Below are positions 48,191-61,776 of a stretch of DNA of 64,000 nt, one piece after another. The notes below the pieces were generated by a model. It saw only the letters and a list, made by a program, of their open reading frames with translations. It was not told the DNA's origin and ran no database searches. Numbering within the stretch: the first letter of the stretch is position 1; each line of letters opens with the position of its first letter. A program made the position numbers and the translations under genes. The stretch spans positions 14,060,795-14,124,794 of the forward strand of contig NC_092670.1 of NCBI RefSeq assembly GCF_964355755.1, read 5' to 3'. This DNA comes from Antedon mediterranea. Taxonomy: Eukaryota; Animalia; Echinodermata.

Positions 48191-50175
48191 CTATGCATCA
48201 TATTCTATTGGACATTGATATGGTCCTCACATGTGATACTATATCATAGAATTTGGCTAATAATATACTGGACAAATTGTAGTACTCAGAAACGGCTGCC
48301 TGTTCTTTGAATTTAATAATCCGGAGAAACTCTTAAACTCAAAACCAACCATGATAATGTTAAGATAATAAGATACATTTTACATGTCCTCTTGAAACCC
48401 TTTTTACCAAAGCGTTTACTGGCACCGCCCAGAATAAAACCTTCCAGTAGAAATAGTAATGTATTAGTGTTTTGTATCGTAATACTGGTGTTGTATAACC
48501 TAGTGTTTTATATATTGTTTATGGTTGTAAATAGTTCTGTGTTGTGAATATACCAGCATGTAACAAAATACTGTAGTATTAGGCATTTTAGTACAGTAAG
48601 AGTTCACATAGAGTGGGTTGTAAAAAGATGTAAATAAGGAACTCTTTTTATTGCTGTTGTATTCTTTATTATAAAAGAATGTAAATCCCAGTTGAAATAA
48701 ACACTTTGGATTTGTGCTGGTGTATAATTCTATGGAAATTTGGTACTTATTTCATATTACTGTTTATAGAATAGAGGGAATACAGACACTCCCTCTTTGT
48801 TTTAAGTAATTTTAAACCTCCTTCAATGATTATTAAACTTTGATGATGCTTATTCAAATGAAATACAACTTACTAAAACTTACAGTATATTATAAATGGT
48901 ACTATTTTATAATTAAGTTATTTATTGTTTTTATGTAAAAGAAATAAGCACCAAGTTGAGTAGAACACTTATTGAAATACTTGAAACAAACTGTCCTTGT
49001 ATACAATCATCATTATTGTTCACTAATAAAGCGAGTATACTTTTATGTAAATAGTGCATTTTTAATATTATTATTATACAATATTTATTACATATTTAAG
49101 TAGCGGGAAAGTGGCATTACAATATACTGTAGTTGTTAGCAATAAACTAGAGTGATAAATGGAGTTAATCTTTCAACTAGTATAGACGTCTGTACTGTAG
49201 ATTATAAAATGGTAATGGATTGATTTTATTTTGTATACTAAACTCATGTTGTCCTTTGCGATAATAGCGCGGTTTTGTTTGGGGGCAGTATCCAAACGAG
49301 TAATCTGCACATGCACATAAGCGTCCAGTATATATGGTTTCGTCCAGTTATTGCGTCTGTATTTATTGATCTAACGATTGTCTACTATCCTGAAATGAAA
49401 GCTTGTTACTATTTTTTCGAGACTCAACAATAGCAGTCAATACCTATCATAAGCCTCACGTTGGCGCTTAATATTCTAATGTTGGTTACAACATGGCACC
49501 CATGAACAAAGTTGTCGAAACTCTATTCCCACAGTAACTGATTAGCCATTTACCTGAGACAGCCTCCAAATAATCACCTTAATTCTAGGACTGTATTTTA
49601 ATAAGATTACAGTGATAGAAACAGGTTCAACTTGGTACATGATTAACAGTTGAATTTTCATTTCATTTTGAATGCACTTATGTATCAGTTACATTGAAGT
49701 CGGGTCGCAACCTTTAAGATCTAATTATTAGAAAAGTGTACAACTGTATAATAAAAGCACTGTACTGTATTTAAGATGTCCAGGGAATTACGTAAATAGC
49801 AATAACTATGTATTGTTAGTTGGTTTTTAAAGAAGTAGCACATTAGTAGCATGTATATATTCCTCAAAGCTAAGAAGGATTGTTACCAACGGTGTATGTG
49901 GTCAGTTTTAATCAGGTTTTAATATTGGAGTGTTGAAGTGATGTGACAATGTGTGTTATGTTTTACTGTACCTCAAATTTTATCTAAATTTTGCACTTTT
50001 TTTATATAAAATTTATTTTAACTTATTATGTAAATGTGTGTCCTAAATAGTGCCTGTACCCAGAACTATGTTTGATTTTTTTTCCTGCATTATTTTGTAA
50101 GCAAACAATCCTTAATGAGGTCTTGTTTAGCATTTATAGAATTTACATTCTGTATACTGTATTATTACATTATAT

Positions 50176-50208
50176 CAAAGATCTTATATACTAGTTATAA
50201 GATCTTTG
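50176..50208. mobile_element. 33-bp head-to-head TIR remnant with 7-bp target duplication (P-superfamily-like)
   Basis: ATTATAT | CAAAGATCTTATA TACTAGT TATAAGATCTTTG | ATTATAT. Confidence 0.72.
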
Positions 50209-52596
50209 ATTATATATTGATTTTTATTTATTAACAATATTTACTACTGCCTTTGTTATTAATTTCTACAGTATTTAATTTTAAGTTTTTATTACATTTT
50301 TAATAAAGCAAATATTCCACCTTGAGTGAAATTTTACACATTTTCATTTATTATTATATATAATAAAAACATAATGTATTTATTTTCAATTCCTTAAGCA
50401 ATAATATCATTATTATATAATTTTAAAAAAAAAAAAAAAAACTGGGCACCCATTAAAAGTTGTATTCTGTCTTTCGTACTTACTCCCTTACTTATTTTGG
50501 TACATATGCCCTACTATACTTACATTTTAGCTATATTACTGAGATTTTCCAGTCTAATTATTTTATAAACTATGTTGAACTCGCTCCATCAATATCTGAT
50601 ATAGATTAGATTTTTTAATTTTTTTTTCTTATATTTTAATTTATAGAAGTTTCTGTCTTTGTACTTACTCCCTTGCCTATTTTGGCACATACTTATTTTT
50701 AGCTGCGTTCGTTACTGAGAAATTTCAGTCTAATTATGTTATAACTATGTTGTACTTACTCCCACAAACTGTAATTCCCAGAAAAATTGAAAAACAGATT
50801 GTACTTATAATTAATTATGTATGTTATTAATAACTAAAGGAAGTTTGTATGGTATATCCTGCCAATGTATATTATATATATACTCCATCCAGCAGTAATT
50901 TGATACCAACATATTTATACTGTATTTATAGCACTTACTGAAGAGTACACTAGTACTGTAGTAAAGAATAAGCTCTTAGGAGTTTGTTTATAATGTACAG
51001 TACTTAAAATCTGGTTGCTTATCTTTACATCTCGTACTATAATCATAACATTTGATGGTTCATATGTGCATTGTATCATACACGATTTGAGTTGATTAGA
51101 TAAGAATATTTGTAATATTTGATCTAGTATATTCTCATAGATTCTGGTCTCAAAATTCACTACAAAAAAATAGAATAATATTGGCCTATTACAGTTGTGT
51201 TACATTGTCATATTAGATTATGCTGGGTCAAATAACAGTTTATAATAACAATTAATAATTATTGATTTAATTTACTAAAAGTCATAAATTAAGATTCAAA
51301 TCTCTGTACCATAATGATTGCATCTGTTGCCAATATGGAAATAAAGACTATAGAGTTTTATACACATCCTATCATCTGTATACTCAGTCTAAAAAATATC
51401 TGTTGTACAATAATAGGCCTATTATATATATATATATATTATATAAGATAACGGCATCATAGAAACTAGCTCTGCAGATTAAGCTTATATTAGTGTTGTG
51501 AAGGTTTACGCTCAACAATACATTATGTCCAAGGTCTATTCTGAGCAATTATTGCACATTATTTTAATGTATAATATATTGTCATACTATTATTATGTCC
51601 TATCTTTACCGCTAAGGTTTTTTAGTTCATCAATTATTGCATTGTCATCATTATTGAGCAATTAATTGTCTGAATAATACCTCCAAGGTCCATGCTGAAC
51701 TGGCAGCCAATTATATTCTATTCCGATTCTCACATCAAACATTCCTCTGAAGTACATTTAATCACGTGTCCAACTTTTACCTACAATTATTGATGTAATG
51801 TCCAATCAAGTAGTAGCACATACACACAATTTATTCTCATAATAGTTGGAATTACTAATTTATTTTTCATGTGCAGTGTAAGTTGGCAGAGATTCTGTAC
51901 ATTCTGTCCAGCCTACTGAAGAAGGAGGAGGGCTGGTATTTGGTTTTAAAGTGGAAAGCAGTACAGTTACTAAATAGTTCCCCCCCCCCCCCCCGATTCA
52001 TTAGGCCTAGATACATGACATTATTTTGTAATTTTTTTTTGTACTTAATATTATATTATTTATCCTAAGGTGTGTTTGATGCAATGTTATGTAGGCATAT
52101 GTATACATGAGCTGTATAAGAAAACAATGTGTGTAATGGTTTTGTTATTATATATTGATTGTAATAAAAAAAAGTTGTGAATAAAAAGGTTTTTGACCAT
52201 TATTTATTTTGTAATGTGTAGCATTTTGCTGCGAATACAATATTTGATTTAAAATGAGATTGAAGATAAGAGTACTTCTTCAATATTTGTGTGTGGATGT
52301 AGACATTGTTTGTTCCTCGGTAAATACTCAGTTTTCTTTTTAGGTCGAGCCAATAATTTTAGGATTTTCGCAAATGGAAAGCAAAGAATTTAACTTGGGC
52401 TTAATCGAATCAGGAATCAGATGTAGAAGAAACTAATAGTGCATTTGTTGAAATTAATCAATATGTTTTGTGGTTGATTTATTGTAGGCCCTAATCATTC
52501 CACTAGACTATATACAGCCGTTGAGTCAAAAAGTCTCAACCATATATGAGCATGGGCTGAATGACTGCTGCTAGATTGATTATTTGCAACAACTTA

Positions 52597-52856
52597 AGAT
52601 GTATTGTCCCCGAAAAACATGAAAAATGAAGATTAACAAAATCTGACTTGAATAGCCCATTTTTCAGTTTTAATAAAAGTTATTCACTTCCATAAAAAAA
52701 AAAAAAAAAATTAATGTTTCAATCAAACAACCACTGGCTGCTTTAAATTTTCAGGTAAATAATTTTGTTTCAATCCAAATTTTGGTCAAAGTGAATAACT
52801 AAATTAGATGGCATATTCAATTTCAGGGGTGGGAGGAGGGGGGGGCCAATATATCT
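52597..52856. mobile_element. Kolobok-like element, degenerate copy in the opposite orientation
   Basis: AGATGTATTGTCCCC...GGGGCCAATATATCT|TTAA; body is the reverse complement of the 35124 copy with deletions. Confidence 0.75.
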
Positions 52857-53853
52857 TTAATTAATGTACTGTATTTACTTTTAAAAAATTGCTGACTTCA
52901 TAATCATACAGTAGACTAATGCAATTTAATATATATCACAGTTTATTTCCAAATAAACACAGTTTACTCAAAACTTATCAAAAGTACATCTGGATATTAT
53001 GATAAAAAATAAATTGGATAATATGTTTAAGAATTATGCAATATCACATTTTTTTCACTACCAGGGGTTGTTGGTCGGTCACAAATTAAAACCACTTACA
53101 TTGTTAGGTATCAATACATATGTTTCTGTCTATGGCCATGCAGTATACAGAACATTTAATTATATAAGTAACTGTCCAATGCTACCAAATTGACAACCTT
53201 GAAATTTCCCAAAATATTGGGTTTTCCAATACTAGGCTTTTCCAAAATATAAAGTTTTCCAAAATCATATTGAATATAATAAAAGAATTAAGTTATTTTT
53301 TAAGTTTTAACCAATTTGGTTTAAACTTCAAATTGAAACATAACAATTGAGAATTTAAACTATATGACTACTTTAAATATAATAATAATAATTCAAATTA
53401 TTGGGGTTCAACATGGATTGCATTTAAATAAATTTCAACATTTTAATATGAATTTCAAACCAAGTTCCAAAATACACTAATAATATCAATGAATTCTCCT
53501 ACAATTTTTAATTAAAATCAATTTATAATGAGCCTTAATTAATGTCTCAAACAATGTGATAAGGTAAACCTGTGAACATATGACATTATTTGTTTATAAT
53601 ATTACGATAAAAAGTTTAGCATGATAGGCAATTATATGACATTGTGTACCCATCCATGTTGAGCCGAAATTGATGATTTAAAACCACTTCTTCCTCAACA
53701 TGCAAAACAACTGCTGTGCCTTTGTTTAATTATGTATTTATAAATACGTTAATAATCAATATCATAACCTTTATTTGTTCAAGTTTTTGAAAATGGCAAG
53801 ATAAACTACAGTACGTGGTATAAGTAGATAATAATACAGTATATTCACAAGAC

Positions 53854-54200
53854 AATGCAAATGCTTTGGACTGTTTGATGATGTGGCATACACAGAGTAC
53901 AAAAAAATGTGTTGTGATAGTTCCTGCGACTACCTCAATTTGACATCACAACAAAATAGACATTATACAGAAATGCAAATGTTTTAGACTATTTGATAAT
54001 GTGGCATACACGGAATATACATTAAAGTGTTGTGATAGTTCCTGCGACTACCTCAATTTGACATCACAACAAAATAGATATACTGTACTGTAATGCAGAT
54101 GCATAGGACAAATTGATGATGTGGCATACACAGAATATACAGAAACGTGTTGTGGTAGTTCCTGCGACTACCTCAATTTGACATCACCACAAAATCAACA
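53854..54200. repeat. Three ~119-bp tandem units downstream of the ZNF800-like stop codon
   Basis: Units start AATGCA at 53854, 53972 and 54092. Confidence 0.92.
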
Positions 54201-55325
54201 TTAGCATTATTTCCTGGTTCAGACAAGATTAGAACCCAGAACTTGAAAGCAATTTGCTTCATTTAAAAGCTACTAATAATAACCTAATATAACCAGTACC
54301 AGCAGAACACTATACAACTGTCATATTCTATTTCACCTACTTTTTTATCCAATATTTTTTCGTTAACAATTACAAAAGATAAGTGAATTTTCTGATCAAA
54401 AAAGGATTCCAATCCAAACTGTGAGAATTAGTATCCATTTTAACAACAAACATCATCGGCTGCTACAACGCTTTAGATATAAATATTTATAACATAAGTA
54501 ATAAGATTATGTTTGTCTTTAAAAAATATAGTGCATAGTATAAAATAAGAAACTTGTGTTATAAAGCAAGTAGTCCCATTTGACCGGCCTTGATGGCAAA
54601 TAGTCAGTCCTTGTCTTACAACCAAAGCCTATTAAACACATGGACTGCCTTATACATGAACATAATATGTAGTTATTAATACATGAACAGTGTTCACATT
54701 ATGGAAGATCTATTCTCTAGATAATATTCATAAAAATAAAAGCACAATTTTTACATACATTGAGGTTTACTATTAAAACATATCAACGTAACCAATTCCT
54801 GAAATATGCCTGGATCCAGGACTTTTTAGACAGGAAAAGCCCTAGCACTATCCACTGGTCCAGCAAAGCTTTAAACAGTTTAATGACCAATAATATTAAT
54901 ATTATTTGGACAGGTATACAATTTTTAAAACATTTTTATTTTCTTTAATATTTCTTTTATTTTTCAATAATAGCACACATCAATTTTGATTTCAAAGATC
55001 ATTAAATTATCATTCATTTGCTCCTCTTTATTTTCTGATAAAAAACAATCGCTTTTATTGATTGATTGAATAATACACACATGCAACATTCACATTTTTA
55101 TTAAAAGCAATGAAGCTAAAAATAAATAGGTCAACATTTTTTTTTAAATACAAAACAGTATGATACTGAAATACTCTTACTACAGTGTCATTTTTAATTC
55201 AAAGCCTTAGTGTTTCTATAGTTACTGCTGTAGCTGCAGTACTAGGTTTTGCTAATTTTTATATAACATAATATAGATGATTGTTCTGATGTGAAATATC
55301 ATGAATGTTAAAAGGAACCCATTTT

Positions 55326-57959
55326 TTATTTGGTTGCTTTCATTTGTCCAATCAACTGGATCAGATGCTTTTCATCTTTAATATGATGCGAATGCTTCAA
55401 AACTAGATGTCGCTTGAACCACGTGAAGTTGTGCGAAATGTAACCACAGAATTGACAATTATATGAATGCAATCCAAGATGGCGTTCAACGTGGCGTTTT
55501 ACCGACGACAAGTCGTTGAATCTTTTGAAACACTTCAAGCAACGCATATCCTGCATGTTAATCAATTTATATATGGACGCCTTCGAGCAGTCTTGAGTTC
55601 TTTCTACCACAGTATTTGTACTTTTTTCCGGCTCAAAGTGCTTATGAATGTGTCGTCGCAATGTGCTTAGATATTGGAATTGTTTACTGCACTTTAAACA
55701 CTTCAAATTTTTTCTATCCATAAGCGAATCTTTGGAATCCTTGTCCTCCTCGAGTTTCTCCTTCTTGATCGCTACATCTTGCTTTTCCTTAGCAGTACGG
55801 AGTGGGGTGATTCGTACGTACGATGGTGTCATGTTTATTCGTGGTGATGATCGAACCGGTGACGGGGAATCTTTAGAAGGACTGCTGTGTGTGCTGCTAG
55901 GACTTTCCTTTTCTTTTGTCTTTTTGCCTTCAGATTTCTTTTCATCACCATTGTTTTCCTGGTTTGAATTAAGACTCTCTGTCAACTTCTTTGGTACGGT
56001 AGCAGATGTTTTTGGATCTGGTTTTGGATCAGAAGATGGCAATTTCTTCTGTTCTGGAGACTTTTTTTCATCAGATTTTTTTGTTTCTGTGGAAAGCTTT
56101 TTTGGAACCAAATTCTTCTTTTGCGATAGCTTTGATTCATTTTTCTTCACCTTTTTGTTATCAATACTAAAGTTTGATTCATTGGTTTCGTTTCTCTCTG
56201 ACCGTAGGCTAAAGTTGACCCAGATGCCAACTTTCATTGACCGAATCGCTTCCGATATCTGTTGTATACTCCTAAACTGTCGGCCATGTTTACACATCAT
56301 GTGACGTCTCATCTGCGTGTAGTCTCCGTTTTCATAACTACATCCTTTGCATTTATAGCGATTATATCCAAAATGGTTACAACAATGTTGCACCAATCGC
56401 CGCCATGCTGACAAAGACTTCTTACATTTTCGACACTGCAGATTTTTCTCATCAACAATTGAGAAAACATTTCTTCGGGCCATTTCAACTTCTTCTGGAT
56501 TCGTATTCCTTTTCTCGTTCTTTGTTTTCTTATCCGGTTTTTGCATCACTCCTCCACCAGGTCGTTTACCTTTGCGATTGTGAATTTCTCTATGCCTGAC
56601 TAGGTTACGTTTGGAAGAGAACACTTTGCTACAGATCTCGCAGGTCGGTTCATTTTCATTTACGGATGTCTCCGTGCTATAATTGTTGTTGTTTTGGTGA
56701 GTTTTCTGGACGACTAGTTTGACTACTTCATCAACTTCTTTAACACCCTTATTGTGAACGTGCAATAGGTGACGTTTCATACGATACAACGCCGGCGTCT
56801 CGTAATGACACGTGGGACATTTATATTTCGGCCTTTTATGAATTCTCATATGCCACGCTAAGGCTGTCCAATTTTTACATATTTTCTTACAGAATTTGCA
56901 TTTATTAGGAACGCTTCTAGATGTTTCATTATCATTATTCTGTGTTTTTGTTAAACTAACAAATGGGATTTTTTCCTTTTTGTTAAGGGGTGAATTCTCT
57001 TTCTCTTTTTGACAGCTACCACTTTTTTCAGACACTACGCCCTGTAGATCACAGTCAACGTAAAAGTCAATATTTGAATTTTGCAGCTTGTTGTGAAGAG
57101 CGTCTCGTTTCTCAATGTTCTTCATGGTTGCTTTGCGTACTTGTCGCATTGTGATTTCGCCGATCAATCTAGTCGTGTCTAAATCGTTGTGCAGCAGCTG
57201 TACATGCTGAAAAGCACTGCTCCTGTCTAATTCGTCGTAATACATAATATTGCGGGGGATAATCACCTGCTGTTCAATGGCTTCAGATGTGGCAGGGATG
57301 TCGCGAAGTAAAAGATGGGGTTCACTTGAATCTCCTATAAGGTTAACTTGGGTACCTTTACTCTCGTTATTTGTTGCCCGTTTACGTTTTTTTATATTTT
57401 GCGAAGCATCGTCAGTAGGATTTACCACAACAGTTCTTTCATGGTTTTCCCACAACGCTTTGGATTTTTGCATACACATCTTCTGGTTTGTTGTGCAGCT
57501 GGAACGGACGTGATCCTTACAGTACAACTGTTTATGATCTAGAAAGTTGTTGACATTACGAAAAAGATTACGACACGATTTGCACTCAAGAATAACATCG
57601 GACTCGAAAAGGACCATTTGCCGTAAAAGTGGTGTACCGGATACGAATGCATCAAATAGATTTTGCGGGCTGGCCTTTTTACGCTCAATGCTAGATTTCA
57701 TAACAACGGTAGGGTCAGCCGGGTCAAGTTCGGATACATTCTTAGATAAACACTCATCATTGTTGTTATCAACCGGAACCATTGCACTTTCCGACAACGT
57801 CTGTTGGTCATTGTCATCCTTTTTACTCTCAACTTCCTCATCCGATGAAGTTAGGAGAATATAGTCGTCAAATGTTGGGTCACTTTGTTTCATTAGTTGA
57901 CATGTTTTAGATGAAATACTAATAGTTGCAGTTTGGTTTTTGACATTTTCATCTGCCAT
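55326..57959 (-). CDS. ZNF800: ZNF800-like multi-zinc-finger protein, 877 aa, single coding exon
   Basis: Uninterrupted ORF with one N-terminal C2HC finger (GTPLLRQMVLFESDVILECKSCRNLFRNVNNFLDHKQLYC, resembling ZNF800 [40 protein letters not shown]) and eight dispersed C2H2 fingers. Acceptor at 57968, 8 nt upstream of ATG; candidate upstream non-coding exon donor at 59070. Confidence 0.85.
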   Translation of the reverse strand: MADENVKNQTATISISSKTCQLMKQSDPTFDDYILLTSSDEEVESKKDDNDQQTLSESAMVPVDNNNDECLSKNVSELDPADPTVVMKSSIERKKASPQNLFDAFVSGTPLLRQMVLFESDVILECKSCRNLFRNVNNFLDHKQLYCKDHVRSSCTTNQKMCMQKSKALWENHERTVVVNPTDDASQNIKKRKRATNNESKGTQVNLIGDSSEPHLLLRDIPATSEAIEQQVIIPRNIMYYDELDRSSAFQHVQLLHNDLDTTRLIGEITMRQVRKATMKNIEKRDALHNKLQNSNIDFYVDCDLQGVVSEKSGSCQKEKENSPLNKKEKIPFVSLTKTQNNDNETSRSVPNKCKFCKKICKNWTALAWHMRIHKRPKYKCPTCHYETPALYRMKRHLLHVHNKGVKEVDEVVKLVVQKTHQNNNNYSTETSVNENEPTCEICSKVFSSKRNLVRHREIHNRKGKRPGGGVMQKPDKKTKNEKRNTNPEEVEMARRNVFSIVDEKNLQCRKCKKSLSAWRRLVQHCCNHFGYNRYKCKGCSYENGDYTQMRRHMMCKHGRQFRSIQQISEAIRSMKVGIWVNFSLRSERNETNESNFSIDNKKVKKNESKLSQKKNLVPKKLSTETKKSDEKKSPEQKKLPSSDPKPDPKTSATVPKKLTESLNSNQENNGDEKKSEGKKTKEKESPSSTHSSPSKDSPSPVRSSPRINMTPSYVRITPLRTAKEKQDVAIKKEKLEEDKDSKDSLMDRKNLKCLKCSKQFQYLSTLRRHIHKHFEPEKSTNTVVERTQDCSKASIYKLINMQDMRCLKCFKRFNDLSSVKRHVERHLGLHSYNCQFCGYISHNFTWFKRHLVLKHSHHIKDEKHLIQLIGQMKATK

Positions 57960-60900
57960 ACTCTAACCTAAAAATAGACAAAAAATTTTAAATAAAATGA
58001 GAAAAGTTCTTATAAAATATTTTAGGATTTTACATTCATTATCTTTCCAGATTTGAATTGACTTTAAATATTTTTTTTAATATTTCATACACTCGCAAAC
58101 GATCACCTAATAATTGTTCTCCGCAACAGAACACTTTTGGTGGTTCTTCAACCAACCTTCTCACCCGCACATTCCCCATGTATACATAATGTTAAGTTAT
58201 CCATTATAAATAAGGGCCCGTTTGCACTTTACAATTTGCATCATTTGTAATGATCATGTGGTGTGGGTTCCTTTGGGTATAAAATTTAATTTGCTGGATT
58301 TTTTAATTAGTGTACTCCTTAAACAGCAAGCTAATTACCCACAAGGAGCAATTTTGACCTTACAGTACTAAGTGTAAAAAGATGCATGAAAAAATACCTT
58401 GCTGGGTAAATAAAAAGAACAGGTTGACTGGTTAATCCTAAGAGTAATTTAGGTTACATGTAATTGAGTTTAAATAAAGTCCGAACACAGCCCAAGTTCA
58501 TCTCATTGAGTGTTACCGGATGTACCAGGCATAGATGACAGAATCGGAACTAAAAACATTTTGCTTACTTTTTGTCACGCTTTATATTTGTATTCGGAAC
58601 AACGGACAAGACTATCCTTAATTTCATATGTTGTATGGTGCACTGACAGCGTATTAAATTGTATAATTAAGTGGACAGAATATAGTAAAGGGCCTACTAC
58701 TGTAATAACCAAAAGTTGGCACTGATCTTAAACTCACAATAAAAATGAAATTACTTTTATTTATATAAAATAATACATGATATAATTGACCAAGAACAGG
58801 CTGCAGAAGCGTTTTCAGAACAAAAACATAGTGTGTGAATAATGTGAGCACATTACATGGCGATAGAAATGTAAAATGTACAGTACTGTAGAAACTCAGA
58901 AATAATATAGATAAATAAATATCCTATATGATACAAAATAAAGTTAAGCTTATCAACTTGAATCTAATTTAAGCCTGACCTAGCCTTTTAAAAACTGGTA
59001 TCAATAAATTGAATTCGAAAGTTTTGATTTCGAAAGAAAAGATTAAGAATTTCTGTCTCTAAAACTTTACCCTCTCTCTGCCTCTGGTTTGCATTTAATT
59101 AGAGCTTGTCAAATAAATATATGCTTTGGCAAATATGACGCCCTATTATTACACATTCGAAGATATGAGAAAGAAGTTGATAACAATCAACTTCATCAGG
59201 GTACAACATTGAAACTTGGAGCGACTGTTCTGATCAAAATCAAAACTACGACAGGAACAGATCAGATCGACAATTGGGTGGCTAGTATGACGCACAGCGT
59301 CCGAAACTCGACGAGTGTGCCGAACAACCGGTGATGAAAATCATTAAAATTTCTTTTATTAGACATAGATCCGACGAACAGACACAATTACTCAGTTCAC
59401 TATACACATCTAACTATTAAAACACTAGCTGATTTACTTACTAAGCGTTAATTATCAACAAATTTATGATTTTTCTTCTCCACTGTGTGGCGATTCAGCA
59501 GCTGCAACTCGCTTTTCTTTCATGGCGGGTATTGTTCCGTTTTGTAAATTACCCATCATGCACTGCGCGCAAGCTGATCGACACACACTTTTATAGGCCG
59601 AAACTGTTGTCGGTGTTGGAGCGAGCGTCTGGTCATAGTGCAGGACTGATTTAATCAGCAAACTGAAATACTAAGTCACTGCTCAATTAGCTAATAATTT
59701 AACGTAATTACTACTTGTTTATGAACTTTCTGTTCTGATTTCTAAGCTTAGATCTTTCTAGTTTAAGTCTACTAAATACATTTATTTTAAATCAGCTCGG
59801 CAAAACCTCATCTTTTACCAATTTGGTCGGTGTGACCAAACAAGTCACTTACTAAACTAATGTCCAGTTAGGTCAATTTAAGTCACTCTAACCGAACATG
59901 TTTTGAATAATTATTTTAGGCCTATATTCTATGCCTATATTAATATTTTAAACAGAACATCCATTGTAGCCTACATACAGTATATTTTATTGATGTTGGC
60001 CAAGTATAGCTATGTTTGTCGAATTAATTAAATTACGAAACGTGTTAGGCAATACGTGTGTTCGTGTTGGCCAATTAGATTTTTAGGTCATTATATACTG
60101 ATGAACGATTTAAAATATTTGTGCCAAAATGTTTTTAAATGGCATGAAGTTATACTTTGCTTTTGTTGTTTTTTTATCATTTTTACACGCATGTGTTGTG
60201 TTAAATGAAATGTGCCGACATTCCGGTTTAATTCCATTTTTCCTACATAGGCATAATTTTATTATTATGCAATTCAGTGTAATCCTTTAATAGGTACCAA
60301 CATGTTTAAAGTTAGGTTCTCTGCATTTAATTTTGGTGGGTAGTTTAAAGATTTTGTTCTCCAAAACATGAATGAAAATTAATAAAATCGAACAGAAATA
60401 ATGTTTTCATAAGACAATTTTTAATAACAAAATTATACAAATTAAATAAAAATAAGACAAAATAAACGGTTAACTCTACCCAACAACCATTGCCTGTCAG
60501 ACAATTTGACTATTTTTTCCAGGTAAATACAGCAGTTTTGATTTCAATCCAATTGAGTATTTACGTGTGATGTGATACCTAACAATTATATTTCTAGCGC
60601 CCTCTCTATAAACGTGTCGCAAAGAATCTTGATTACTGTGTGTAGATCCGAATGTCCATCCTCTCCAAGATTCAATGTAACATGCTTCTTTTTCAATAGT
60701 AATAGCATTTTTCTGTTTATTCATTGACGTTTTCAAACACTCTCCACAATCATACGGGAATGCGATTGTGGTGTTTCTTCAGCAACAAATATTTAAAAAA
60801 ACATTAAAAAAAATGCCAATCGAGAAATTGAAAATATGCCTCCAGTACAATGTTGTCAAGCATGGTCTGTAAAATGTGTTAATATTAGAAATACTAAGTG

Positions 60901-61761
60901 AAGATTATTCCGTACTCAAGTTCAAGTTTATTTACCTTGATTTTTTTGGGGAAAAGGAGTTTTAACTCATTTATCCCAAAAAATAATTAATTCAATTCAA
61001 TTTCTTCTTATGCGTTGTAGGCCTACTTTAATTGTTGTTGTGTCACTCCTGAGCGACGATTTGGCACAGCGTTCCAATTATATGTGACTTAGAATCTCAC
61101 TTTACCGTACTTAGCTAGAACTTTGAATATATGTCCGTTTGTTAGTTCAAACCATTAAGAGCTTACTTCATCAATTCTATCCGTCTTCTAAAATCTTATA
61201 AGGTCTACTCTAATTATACTAACTAAATGAACTATAGCCGTTAATATTTATATTGTTAGTCATTACAAATGCTTAAATTATGTAGCGTATTTCTCTTAAA
61301 TTGAAACTGGTCACCATTAGATGGCATCCATGAAAGACTCGGGAAATTCACGCTTCATTCGGCCAAATCGTATCCTGTGGCAACAGTTCTCGCTTCATTA
61401 ACACTGTCACAATAGGTACCATTTCAATATCCAGAAATTAACCTTTTCAACTATAAATAGTGATATTCTATTCTATACACAGTGAATGCGTGTGACAAAC
61501 TATGGACTATCTTTATTATGTAAAAACCTGACGAAAAGAACTATTGGAATTGTTGTTCATAAGAACAATGTTACTGTAAAAGTTCCATTGACGGCGGAAC
61601 AATTTGATACGTACTGATCCATGACGGATAGTCTTATATTGGACTTCTGATCATTTATACCAGTAGGGCCTAATAATATGGAGTGTGTGTAGGTTTTGTG
61701 ATTTACTTATAACACAGGTGTAATGTTATAGGATAATTATAGTTAAGGACCCATAGACAAG

Positions 61762-61776
61762 ATGTCGTACCGACAG
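61762..61776 (+). CDS. Possible first coding micro-exon (MSYRQ) of a gene continuing beyond the window
   Basis: AAGATGTCGTACCGACAG|GTAAGT: purine at -3 and a consensus donor; TATAAATA at 61452. No downstream exon identified. Confidence 0.3.

Noticed and set aside
55648-56304. 218-aa plus-strand ORF and other ORFs antisense to the ZNF800-like and BCLAF-like exons
   Set aside because: Shadow frames of Lys/Glu/Ser-rich coding sequence; no recognisable domain.
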